Sequence record: DRR378314_578
Strand: one strand, 5' to 3'
DNA length: 64,000 nt
Below the pieces are notes generated by a model, which was not told where the DNA came from, ran no database searches, and worked only from the letters and a program-made list of their open reading frames with translations. The translations under genes were made by a program, and so were the position numbers. Positions 8,639 to 18,278 of the stretch are shown piece by piece. How positions within the stretch are numbered: the first letter of the stretch is position 1; every line of letters starts with the position of its first letter.

Positions 8639-11008
8639 TCAAGCGAATTTCCACCATTTTTTAACAGATTTTCCGTAGCCATAACCGTATTTTCCACCGT
8701 AACCTAGGTTAGACTGCTTAACATTGTTGACCACAAAAGACAGACCTTTGAGTTTTCCTTCAGCTTTAAGCTTAACAGGGAAGTTAAGCACTTTTTTCTC
8801 TGTGCCTCCCGCCTTTACCACATAAAGAATTTGACTGGCATATTCGCTAATTAACAATGTATCGGTCACCACCATCAAGGGTGCGGTATCCACGATGACA
8901 TAATCATAAAGTTCAGATACTTTTTTAAATAGCTCACCCATTCTATCGTTCATTAACAATTCTGTCGGGTTTGGGGGTATTTTTCCCGAAAAGATAATAT
9001 CAATGGAATTTTCATTTACCTGGGCGGGAATCGTTATGTCTTGCACATTTAAGTTTGAATTAACAAGATATTCCGTCAAACCATTCTTGGTGCTCCTTTT
9101 TGGCTTCATCTTATCGGTCTGAATCATATCGTCCGTTGTAAAAAAATCATACAACTTGGGGTTTCTTATGTCAGCTCCAATAAGTAAAACCTTTTTGCCT
9201 GTGTTGGCATAAATGGCGGCCAAGTTCGAAGAAATAAATGTTTTTCCTTCTCCTGGCACACTCGAGGTAATGAAAATAATATTATTAGGAGTAGATTTAT
9301 GGGATTTTTGAATATAGTTCAGGTTGGTTCTCAATATTCTTAGGGATTCTGCCAGTACAGATCGGTCCTGTTTCGTTACCAATCTATCATCCTTTCTGCC
9401 CAGTCTGGGTACTTCTACAATAACTGGGATATCTTGGGATACTCTTTCCAAATCCAACTTATTGTGTACTTTGTCATCCAGCAAATCCTTTAAATATATA
9501 ATAGAAAAAGGAACAAGTAAGCCCAACATTAATGCTGCCAAATAAATAATTTTGCTTTTCGGAGCCACAGGGAAGGTAGAGCTATAGGCGTAATTAATAA
9601 TCTTTGATTTGGGGGCTGCAGAAGCAAAAGTTATTTGTGACTCTTCTCTTTTTTGTAACAAGTACAGGTATAACGACTCTGTAGTTTGCTGTTTTCTGGA
9701 TATATCCCTTAAAGCCCTTTCATTACTTGGAGCAGCATATATTCTTGAGTTGATTTGAGATAATTGTTTGCTTAAACTATTTACCTGCAAATTAAGGTTA
9801 TTGGTAACATTGTTCAAACTGGATTGCATTCCCTTTCTTAAACCATCCAACTGCTGATCTAGTTTAACAATTACAGGATTCTTCTCATTTGAACTCTCAA
9901 GTAATCTATTTCGTTGCGCCACCAAATTATTATACTGTTGTGCAGTACTGGCAATCCCAGAATCAGTTAAACCGACATTTGTTGGAATAAAATCATATTC
10001 TTCCTGATTGCTCACCAAATCCTCCATAGAACTAGCTATATTCAATTGGATATTTGCTTCTTGCAACTGTTTTTCACTCGCAGCACTTTGCGTAAAATTA
10101 ACATTCGACTGTGATCCTAAATCCGCTATTCCCCTATTTTCCTTAAATGTTTCTGCAGTTTGGTCAACTGATGAAAGATTTGAATAAATTTCAGCAATAC
10201 GATCATTTATAAAAGCTGTAGTTCTGTTTGCAATAGCTTTCTTATCAGCTACAGCATTCTCATTATTAATCTCAACCAAGTTATTTAGTATGTCTATGGC
10301 TCTTTGTTTTTTAGAGTCCATTAGTGAAATATCTATTATATTTGAAAACTCACCTGCAACCTTCATTTTAGTCTTTTCCCTTAGATTTGCAATCACAAAA
10401 GGTAAAGGCTTTATTTCAATTCGGATAAATTTATCTTTATAGTGGTTGATATTTTTTACTTCTGGAAGTAATATAATGTCTCCTATTTGGGTGTTGATTT
10501 TCGCACCAAATGAATGTGTTTTAAAAACTCCATCTTCTTTATCAGAGTAATTAAACTCCGTTTCAGAAATTATTTTTACAAAAAAGGTGTGCTCAAATTG
10601 GTTTACAATAGAGTCTGAAGAAAGAAAATTTATGGCAAAAGGATATTTCGACCCATAAATCTCATTATCACGAATATTACCAATTACAAAAAACCTAGTA
10701 TTTAATTTGAGTTTTTTTATTACTTTTTTGAAGTTGTCTCTTGCTTTCAACAACTCAATCTCATCAACAATCTTAGGACCACCACTTCCACCGGAAAATA
10801 TATCTAGATCTTTTAATATGGATAATTCGGACGCTGCACCTTTTTCTTCTAATATTTGAACCTTTGCGTATGCTTCATATTGTGGAATTGCATATCTCAA
10901 ATACATAAAAGCTAGCAAGCAAGCAAAAAAAACAGAAAGAACAAACCATTTCCAATGTTTGATATAATCATATATAAGACTTTTAAAATCGAATTCTTTA
11001 TTGTTCAT
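8639..11008 (-). CDS. wzc: Polysaccharide co-polymerase / BY tyrosine kinase (Wzc/GumC)
   Basis: Two TM segments, coiled-coil periplasmic region, Walker A GEGKT, Walker B VIVDTAP and C-terminal Tyr cluster YGGKYGYGYG. Confidence 0.94.
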   Translation of the reverse strand: MNNKEFDFKSLIYDYIKHWKWFVLSVFFACLLAFMYLRYAIPQYEAYAKVQILEEKGAASELSILKDLDIFSGGSGGPKIVDEIELLKARDNFKKVIKKLKLNTRFFVIGNIRDNEIYGSKYPFAINFLSSDSIVNQFEHTFFVKIISETEFNYSDKEDGVFKTHSFGAKINTQIGDIILLPEVKNINHYKDKFIRIEIKPLPFVIANLREKTKMKVAGEFSNIIDISLMDSKKQRAIDILNNLVEINNENAVADKKAIANRTTAFINDRIAEIYSNLSSVDQTAETFKENRGIADLGSQSNVNFTQSAASEKQLQEANIQLNIASSMEDLVSNQEEYDFIPTNVGLTDSGIASTAQQYNNLVAQRNRLLESSNEKNPVIVKLDQQLDGLRKGMQSSLNNVTNNLNLQVNSLSKQLSQINSRIYAAPSNERALRDISRKQQTTESLYLYLLQKREESQITFASAAPKSKIINYAYSSTFPVAPKSKIIYLAALMLGLLVPFSIIYLKDLLDDKVHNKLDLERVSQDIPVIVEVPRLGRKDDRLVTKQDRSVLAESLRILRTNLNYIQKSHKSTPNNIIFITSSVPGEGKTFISSNLAAIYANTGKKVLLIGADIRNPKLYDFFTTDDMIQTDKMKPKRSTKNGLTEYLVNSNLNVQDITIPAQVNENSIDIIFSGKIPPNPTELLMNDRMGELFKKVSELYDYVIVDTAPLMVVTDTLLISEYASQILYVVKAGGTEKKVLNFPVKLKAEGKLKGLSFVVNNVKQSNLGYGGKYGYGYGKSVKKWWKFA

Positions 11009-11051
11009 GTTCTTTTAAAAATAAGTCTAAGTTATCGGTAAATTTCAGTTG

Positions 11052-11837
11052 TTAATTTCTGGTCAATAGAATAACTGTAGAGGTAATCAAGGTAGAAATT
11101 ATCGAAATTGCAATGGAAGCTCTTTGATCTAAATTCGATTGTGATTTACCTGATTTATTGGGCTCCACATACACCACGTCGTTTTGGGTAAGGTAGTATA
11201 CTGGGGATTTAAGTGCCTCTTTACTATTAAGATTTATGCGGTTGTACACTTTTGTTCCATCAAAATCTCTGATGACCATCACATTATCACGCTTACCCTT
11301 AATGTTAATATCTCCTGCATATCCCAAAGCTTCCATGATAGTAATCTGCTCGCCATTAATTGGATAGGTACCTGGTCTATTAACCGCCCCTAAGACGGTA
11401 ACCGTAAAGTTTCTGATTCTGATGTTTATAATAGGATCTTTAAGGTAGTCTTTCAGCTTTTCTCTTAACAATTGTCGTGTTTCACTAGGTGAGAGACCTT
11501 CAATTTTAACCTTCCCAATTACTGGAAAGTCGATTTCTCCTTCTTTGTCCACCAAATAATTAACCTGCTCTGGACGCATTGCTCCAGCAACACCTTCCTC
11601 TGCACCCCTAAATAAATTAAATGGAGCACTGGCCTCCGGATCTAGGGTTGACACATGAATACTGACCAAATCATCCACTTTGAACTTGGTTGTGAACGTA
11701 TTGTCATCAACCAAGGTTTCGAATTGGCTGGCATCTTGAAAATAGACTACATCCTTGGACGGTGTGCAGGAGAAAACTAAGCATGTAATGGCAACGTAGC
11801 ATGCCAATTTAAATATTTGGTGCATGGAAATGTTCAT
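11052..11837 (-). CDS. wza: Polysaccharide export outer-membrane lipoprotein (Wza/OPX)
   Basis: Lipobox LVFS-C, Poly_export motif (YLVDKEGEIDFPVIGKV) and SLBB (VTVLGAVNRPG). Start placed at ATG 11837, next to the upstream stop. Confidence 0.9.
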   Translation of the reverse strand: MNISMHQIFKLACYVAITCLVFSCTPSKDVVYFQDASQFETLVDDNTFTTKFKVDDLVSIHVSTLDPEASAPFNLFRGAEEGVAGAMRPEQVNYLVDKEGEIDFPVIGKVKIEGLSPSETRQLLREKLKDYLKDPIINIRIRNFTVTVLGAVNRPGTYPINGEQITIMEALGYAGDINIKGKRDNVMVIRDFDGTKVYNRINLNSKEALKSPVYYLTQNDVVYVEPNKSGKSQSNLDQRASIAISIISTLITSTVILLTRN

Positions 11838-11838
11838 T

Positions 11839-13785
11839 TTAGTTGTTGAGTTGAGGATGTCCAATTTCAGAAGATGTTTTTACCTCCCTGACCGGATTCT
11901 TTTTGTCCAATTTACAAAAATCTGAATTGTTGGAAATATATTCTGGAACAATGTTCTTCATCAATTGAACCACATTGTCCTTAAAGAAAAGATTGGATAT
12001 GCAAAGCTCGTCTATCAAAGCACGAACCTTTGGATAGTTAATCTCCCTTACCTTGCTGATCATGATTTTATCATGGTAAGTAGGAAGGGTATTTTCACCA
12101 TTGGCCAAAAGTTCCTCATATAACTTTTCACCAGGCCTCAGACCTGTAATCTTAATATCTATGTCATCTGGGTAGTGAAGTCCGGAAAGCCGAATCATAT
12201 TCTTGGCCAAATCCATAATTTTTACGGACTCTCCCATGTCGAAAATAAAAATTTCCCCTCCTTTGCCCATAGCACCAGCCTCTAAAACCAACTGAGATGC
12301 TTCGGGAATCGTCATAAAGTATCTGGTAATGTCTTTATGGGTTACCGTAAGGGGTCCTCCTTTTTCAATTTGTTTTCTAAACAGTGGTATAACCGAACCA
12401 TTAGATCCAAGCACGTTTCCAAATCGAGTGGTAATAAATTTTGTTTTGCCTTCTTGCTGCCTACAACTAATGTACATCTCTGCAATACGTTTGGTGGCCC
12501 CCATAATATTGGTCGGATTCACCGCCTTATCCGTGGAAACAAAAACAAACTTCTCCACATCGTATTCCGTTGCCAAGTCTACAATAGTTTTGGTGCCTGC
12601 CACATTGATTTTCACAGCTTCATAAGGATTTTGCTCCATTAACGGAACATGCTTGTATGCTGCAGCATGGAAAATTCTATCGGGTTGATATTGCTCGAAC
12701 AAGACTCGCATTTTATTCTTATCCCGGATATCGCTTACTATAGGCACAAAGTTGAAAAAACCAGCTTGTTTCAATTCTTGTTGAAGATCGTAGAGTGCAG
12801 ATTCTGCCTGATCAATTACAATTAAGGAGCGGTAATTGTATTTGCAAATCTGTCTTACCAATTCACTGCCTATGGATCCGGCCCCACCAGTAACCATAAT
12901 TACCTTATCATCAAAGTCTTTCATAACCTTGCTGTTCCTTATCTCAATAGGTGGCCTATCCAATAAATCCTCAATTTGTACCCGCTTAATTTGCGACACT
13001 TTTAGTTCCCCATTGATCCAATCTTCTACAGGAGGAACAATTTTAACTTTTACAGGAAGGTCGACAATTTCGTTGACCAGGGTTCTCAATTGTTTTGGGC
13101 TAATGGTCTGAATCGAAAAAATAACCTCGGATATACGATGGAATTTAATGAACTCTTCGGTAAGGATAGATTTATCATAAACTTTTACGCCATTAATGTG
13201 CTTACCTACTTTCTTATGGTTACTGTCAACAAAACCAATAACCTTTGCCCCCATTTTGGAATGATTGGTCAAGGTATTGTATGTAATAATCCCTGATTCC
13301 CCTGCTCCATAAATAATCAAATTCTTTGATGGTAACTGACCACTTTTCATCAAGCTCTCATAAGCAATTTTAAACACATACCTTGAAGCAGCAAGCACAA
13401 TAAAGGTCAATAAGCTGTTAATGATGATAATGGACAACGGAATTGTAAAACCATTGACCAAATCCAAATATCTGTTGATCAAAACAACAGCTATGGCCCC
13501 AATACTGGCCAAACATACCGCATTAAAAATTGCATAAACATCTTTAATCCCGGTATGCCTTACAACACCTTTATAGCTCCCTGAAATTAAAAAAGCAGCC
13601 AAGAACAATACAACAACAACTGGAAGTTGGGCCCATAAACGTTGTACGTCGAAATCAAAACTAAGGTTGAATCTAATAAAGTAAGCCAAGATGAACGAAA
13701 ATGAAACAATACATAGGTCTATAAGGAGAACCGTCCATTTTGAAGCATAATGCTTTCCTGTTCTAAAAAAGAATTCTTTGATCAT
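11839..13785 (-). CDS. Membrane-anchored UDP-GlcNAc 4,6-dehydratase (CapD/PglF/WbpM/EpsC type)
   Basis: Four N-terminal TMs, TGGAGSIG, HAAAYKHVP, STDKAVNP, MGATK and RFGNVLGS. Confidence 0.93.
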   Translation of the reverse strand: MIKEFFFRTGKHYASKWTVLLIDLCIVSFSFILAYFIRFNLSFDFDVQRLWAQLPVVVVLFLAAFLISGSYKGVVRHTGIKDVYAIFNAVCLASIGAIAVVLINRYLDLVNGFTIPLSIIIINSLLTFIVLAASRYVFKIAYESLMKSGQLPSKNLIIYGAGESGIITYNTLTNHSKMGAKVIGFVDSNHKKVGKHINGVKVYDKSILTEEFIKFHRISEVIFSIQTISPKQLRTLVNEIVDLPVKVKIVPPVEDWINGELKVSQIKRVQIEDLLDRPPIEIRNSKVMKDFDDKVIMVTGGAGSIGSELVRQICKYNYRSLIVIDQAESALYDLQQELKQAGFFNFVPIVSDIRDKNKMRVLFEQYQPDRIFHAAAYKHVPLMEQNPYEAVKINVAGTKTIVDLATEYDVEKFVFVSTDKAVNPTNIMGATKRIAEMYISCRQQEGKTKFITTRFGNVLGSNGSVIPLFRKQIEKGGPLTVTHKDITRYFMTIPEASQLVLEAGAMGKGGEIFIFDMGESVKIMDLAKNMIRLSGLHYPDDIDIKITGLRPGEKLYEELLANGENTLPTYHDKIMISKVREINYPKVRALIDELCISNLFFKDNVVQLMKNIVPEYISNNSDFCKLDKKNPVREVKTSSEIGHPQLNN

Positions 13786-14915
13786 TGCAGTAACCCTTTA
13801 ATGGTTTCACAAATTCTTTCCAAGTCTTCTGTTTCTAAACTGGAACCACTGGGCAGGCACAACCCTCTTTCAAAAAGATCTTCACTGACACCATTTATAA
13901 ACGAGACATTTTTTTCAAATACTGGCTGCAAGTGCATGGGCTTCCATAGAGGTCTTGATTCTATATTCTCATTTTCCAGAGCAGTTCTTATTTTTTCCCT
14001 TATGTTAAAAGAAGGGGTCAACACACATGTCAACCAGCGGTTGGAATAACTCCCTTCTGGTTCATTGATGAATGTAATTTCCGACAAGTTTGATAAATGT
14101 TGTTTGTAAAATTCAAAGTTTTGCCGTCTTGCCTTCACCCTATCTCCAAGAACTTCCATTTGTCCACGACCGATGCCTGCCAACACATTGCTCATTCGAT
14201 AATTATATCCGATACGGGAATGTTGATAATGTGGCGCATTGTCCCTGGCTTGCGTAGCCAGAAATACCGCTTTTTCTTTTGTACTTTGGTACTTGCACAA
14301 CAAAGCACCACCACCAGAAGTAGTAATAATCTTGTTTCCATTAAAGGATAAAATCCCGAAATCACCGAAGCTCCCACAATTGAAGCTCCTGTACGAACTT
14401 CCCAATGCTTCTGCACTATCCTCTATTACCGGAATTTCGTACTTCCTTGCTATGGCATGAATTTCATCAACCTTATACGGCATACCATACAAATGTACGG
14501 CAACAATGGCCTTAGGTTTTTTTCCTTCGGCCTGTCTAGTTTTTATGGCTTCTTCCAGAAGCTCAGGAGAAATATTCCAAGTTTCCTTTTCACTATCCAC
14601 AAATACAGGTGACGCTCCTAAATAAGTAATAGGATTGGCCGATGCGGCAAAAGTGAAACTTTGACAGATGACCTCGTCCCCTTGACCAATTCCCAATAGT
14701 TCAAGACTTAAATGTATTGCCCCGGTTCCTGAGCTTAAACAAGCGGCATAGGTATTATTCCCAACAAAATCCTCAATGGAGTTTTCAAATTGCTGAACAT
14801 TGGGTCCCAGTGGGGCTATCCAATTGCTGTCAAAGGCTTCTTTTACGTAGGTTTCTTCATTTCCTCCCATGTGAGGAGGTGAGAGCCAAATCTTCTTTAA
14901 TACTGTGGTTTCCAT
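13782..14915 (-). CDS. DegT/DnrJ family PLP sugar aminotransferase (PglE/EpsN type)
   Basis: LSPPHM, NWIAPLG, EDSAEALG, SFNGNKIITT and GYNYRMSN. Confidence 0.93.
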   Translation of the reverse strand: METTVLKKIWLSPPHMGGNEETYVKEAFDSNWIAPLGPNVQQFENSIEDFVGNNTYAACLSSGTGAIHLSLELLGIGQGDEVICQSFTFAASANPITYLGASPVFVDSEKETWNISPELLEEAIKTRQAEGKKPKAIVAVHLYGMPYKVDEIHAIARKYEIPVIEDSAEALGSSYRSFNCGSFGDFGILSFNGNKIITTSGGGALLCKYQSTKEKAVFLATQARDNAPHYQHSRIGYNYRMSNVLAGIGRGQMEVLGDRVKARRQNFEFYKQHLSNLSEITFINEPEGSYSNRWLTCVLTPSFNIREKIRTALENENIESRPLWKPMHLQPVFEKNVSFINGVSEDLFERGLCLPSGSSLETEDLERICETIKGLLQ

Positions 14916-14988
14916 TTCAGTTTTGGGTTGATATAAGTGGGGTGAGAATTTTGTTTCTCGATAGTAAATGTAAAAGGAAAATTGAGCT

Positions 14989-15040
14989 ATCGGATGATTT
15001 GAACCTACTATTCGCCGAAGACAAAAAATAATCGATTAAG
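14989..15040 (-). promoter_or_regulatory. Three-box WTCG-n3-RA direct-repeat array upstream of the aminotransferase-dehydratase-wza-wzc operon
   Basis: atcggatga 14989, ttcgccgaa 15011, atcgattaa 15031 (spacing 22, 20). The same layout occurs at 38769-38820. Confidence 0.45.
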
Positions 15041-15089
15041 TGTTCATAAACCAATGATTGGAAATTCACTAATAAAAATCCATGATTTT

Positions 15090-15136
15090 AATTCAAAAAA
15101 AAAGAGACCCCCGTAAAGGTCTCTTTTTTTTGAATT
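15090..15136 (-). terminator. Rho-independent terminator (bidirectional shape) downstream of the lyase-like gene
   Basis: aattc-A9-gagacc / ggtctc-T8-gaatt inverted repeat. Confidence 0.8.
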
Positions 15137-15154
15137 CACATTTTAACTAATTGT

Positions 15155-16747
15155 TTAGAAATCAATCAGATTCAAAAACTCTTCAATATTTGTGTAGCCA
15201 TCCCCATCCAAATCTTCTGAACTATCATTTACATTTGGATCAAATCCATTTGCTTTTTCCCATTCATCCGGCATACCATCCATATCTGTATCATAAGGAT
15301 TCCCTCGCGAAACTTGATTTATCATAGGAGGGTCATAAACTCCATTATCAAAACCATAATCGCTTCCTGACCCGTTAGTGTTTTCATTATAAATTACATC
15401 ATTAAAATATTGTAACTGTTTGGAATCATACAATACTTGGGTAGTTCCATTAGAATTCAAATACTTGTGTGCGCCTGAATTATTCAAAACATAATCGTAA
15501 GCAACGTTATTTTGGAAAATTTCAGGCCTGATTCCTGAGATATTTACTGGACTAGGCAAACTCCAATCTGAAACAGGTGGCTGAGATGATTTAGCTATGT
15601 TAGTTCCGCTTTCAGCAGCATTAAAAATGTCAGTCGCCACATCAGATGAATTCTCCACAACACCTGTCATAAATGACCAATAGTTATTATCTACGTAAGC
15701 TCTAGCTCCATCATCATCTCGAACTAGGTTAATCCTACTATCCTGACTAAAAAAAGTGGCTGAGCCAGCTTTATAGAAATTACCATAAAAGTTAGCTTGT
15801 GCAGTACAGCTCACCCTTGACAGTCTAGACCGAGAATTATAAACAACATTATTAATGCTCTCCCCTTTTACACTTGCAGTAAAATTGGGATGCCTATGAC
15901 TAATATGTACAAATAAATTTCGAAGTGCGGAGTACTCACCTCCCAAGTTTGTGTTACATTCATCACCTCCCATAAGCACACCTGTATCTCCCTCTCCAAT
16001 GATACAATTTTGCATGGTAGCACCACCAGCAACAAATCCTTCACTGCTCCAAAAATTCATAGCTTCATTCTCATTAAAGACAAAATCACAATTGTCCACA
16101 ATTACATTTTCAGGAGATACAAACTGTATTAACGGTCTTCTTGCAGAAGATGGATCGTTTGGTGCAATTACTTTGGATGGGTCTCCATAAAATTTTACAT
16201 GGCGAAAAACTGCTTCTGTCAGATTGGAAGCATACATACTATACCCCTTAATCATGACCCCATTTGGAGATGTCTGTCCTGCCACATAAACATTGGAATG
16301 TCTATTGCTCAATACAATTCGTCCGCTTAACTCAATTACTCCTGACACATCAAAAACTATAATTCTAGGATAATCTCTAGTTATGGCCCATCGCCAGGTA
16401 CCCTCCTTCACGTTTCCATAATCGTCCTCCAAGGAGGTTACGTGAATCACCGCACCGCCTCTGAAACCATCAGCATAAGCTCCAGCTCCAAAAGCTGTAG
16501 GGAACGCTTTCAATTCCGATGCAAAACCAGGGTCTGTCACAGCAGCACCATCAGGTTCACCAGTACTTTCTCCTCCAGAAGATTCCGATCCAGAATTTTC
16601 TTCTTCTGATCTGTCTTGGTCTTTTATTTCTTCTTGAATACTTTCATCCAATGCTTGTACAAACAAATCTTCATCCTTGGCACAGGAAAAAGTTAATAGT
16701 ATGCTAAACAAGAAAACTATCACATGGTTCAAATTAGGGTATCTCAT
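15155..16747 (-). CDS. Pectate-lyase-like (PL1-type beta-helix) lipoprotein
   Basis: Lipobox TFS-C. AFPTAFGAGA..GG..VTSL, RIIVFDVSG, AGQTSP and HRHP motifs. C-terminal DTDMDGMPDEWE..DGDGYTNIEEFLN tail typical of Bacteroidota PL1-like proteins. Confidence 0.75.
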   Translation of the reverse strand: MRYPNLNHVIVFLFSILLTFSCAKDEDLFVQALDESIQEEIKDQDRSEEENSGSESSGGESTGEPDGAAVTDPGFASELKAFPTAFGAGAYADGFRGGAVIHVTSLEDDYGNVKEGTWRWAITRDYPRIIVFDVSGVIELSGRIVLSNRHSNVYVAGQTSPNGVMIKGYSMYASNLTEAVFRHVKFYGDPSKVIAPNDPSSARRPLIQFVSPENVIVDNCDFVFNENEAMNFWSSEGFVAGGATMQNCIIGEGDTGVLMGGDECNTNLGGEYSALRNLFVHISHRHPNFTASVKGESINNVVYNSRSRLSRVSCTAQANFYGNFYKAGSATFFSQDSRINLVRDDDGARAYVDNNYWSFMTGVVENSSDVATDIFNAAESGTNIAKSSQPPVSDWSLPSPVNISGIRPEIFQNNVAYDYVLNNSGAHKYLNSNGTTQVLYDSKQLQYFNDVIYNENTNGSGSDYGFDNGVYDPPMINQVSRGNPYDTDMDGMPDEWEKANGFDPNVNDSSEDLDGDGYTNIEEFLNLIDF

Positions 16748-17172
16748 GATAATGGGGTGTAAGATTACGGGTTTTAAAATTAAAGCTTCCCAAAAAAAAA
16801 TCAGCCAAAAAACACATTTATTCGATAAACTGCACTTTTTTTAAATGATTTAGTTAACTCCAAAACACATATGCAATTATATCAAAACAACTTTTATACG
16901 TTGTTGACCGAAGAAAAAGATTACTTCGTCCGTTTTTTTAACAGTCTTTCTTAAAATAATCGACAAAATGCACAGAACAATAACATCTCATTAACAACTT
17001 TATGGCGGCCTCGACTTTTCAAAGTTTTTAACCCACTTACATACTCAACTAGCATTAAGAAATAGAACTTGTATACCTTTTCAACGAAATATCTGGTAAT
17101 TGGACAAATTCTCATAATGCCCAGCAGCATAATCGAATTGAATTTTCCATATTTGCAGACATAATTTCTACT

Positions 17173-18216
17173 ATGAAAATTTTGGTTACCGGCGCTGCCG
17201 GCTTCATTGGGTTTTATACTTCAAAAAAGCTTTTAGAGAATGGCCATACCGTAGTTGGTCTGGATAATATAAACGATTATTATGATGTCAACTTAAAATA
17301 CGCCCGATTAGGTGAACTTGGTATCGACAGAAACAATGCTTCTATGCGAAGCCAAATTTCTAGAAGTAATTTATTTGATGGTCGCTTTTCTTTTATTCGA
17401 CTAGACCTTGAGGATCGAACAAATCTTCCTGAATTATTTGACCAAGAGGATTTTGAAGTCGTATGTAATTTGGCAGCTCAAGCTGGTGTCAGGTATAGTC
17501 TTGAGAATCCTGAGGCATACATTGACAGTAATATAGTAGGTTTCCTTAATATTTTGGAATGTTGTAGGAACAACAACATTAAGCACTTGGTATATGCAAG
17601 CAGTTCCAGTGTGTATGGATTGAACAAAAAAATGCCTTTTGACACTAATGACAACGTGGACAATCCAATAAGTCTTTATGCTGCCACAAAAAAAAGTAAT
17701 GAATTAATGGCCCATACCTATAGTCATTTATATGGTATAGCGACAACAGGTCTACGTTTTTTTACGGTTTATGGCCCTTGGGGAAGACCTGATATGGCCA
17801 TGTTCTTGTTTACTAAGGCGATTATAGATGGTAAACCCATTAAAGTTTTCAATCATGGTAAATTGGAAAGAGACTTTACCTACATCGATGATATTACAGA
17901 GGGAGTCGTCCGAATTATTGAAACTGACACATCTGAACGCAAGAAAAAAAATGAGCTTTATAAAATTTACAATATTGGAAATAATAATTCTGTTAAACTC
18001 TTAAACTTTATTGAAGAGATAGAAAATAGTTTGGGCCTAAAAGCTAAAAGGAACAATTTACCTATGCAACCAGGCGATGTAGAAAAAACATGGGCCAATG
18101 TGGATGATTTGATGAAGGATTATGATTACCGACCCAATACTCCAATAGGTGAAGGAGTGAACAAATTTATTAGTTGGTACAAGAAATTTTATGGTATTCC
18201 TGAAAACATATCATAA
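17173..18216 (+). CDS. UDP-glucuronate 4-epimerase (WbnF/CapI-type SDR)
   Basis: GAAGFIG, NLAAQAGVRYS, ASSSSVYG, YAATKK and YGPWGRPDMA. Confidence 0.9.
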   Translation: MKILVTGAAGFIGFYTSKKLLENGHTVVGLDNINDYYDVNLKYARLGELGIDRNNASMRSQISRSNLFDGRFSFIRLDLEDRTNLPELFDQEDFEVVCNLAAQAGVRYSLENPEAYIDSNIVGFLNILECCRNNNIKHLVYASSSSVYGLNKKMPFDTNDNVDNPISLYAATKKSNELMAHTYSHLYGIATTGLRFFTVYGPWGRPDMAMFLFTKAIIDGKPIKVFNHGKLERDFTYIDDITEGVVRIIETDTSERKKKNELYKIYNIGNNNSVKLLNFIEEIENSLGLKAKRNNLPMQPGDVEKTWANVDDLMKDYDYRPNTPIGEGVNKFISWYKKFYGIPENIS

Positions 18217-18278
18217 TATTAATACGTTTCAATTTTACCCCTTTTTAAAAACAAAAATCTTTAATTAAACTTCTAAAA

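Noticed and set aside
16748-17172. Invertible promoter (Bacteroides-style phase variation) in the divergent spacer
   Set aside because: No long flanking inverted repeats were found and there is no recombinase in the window.
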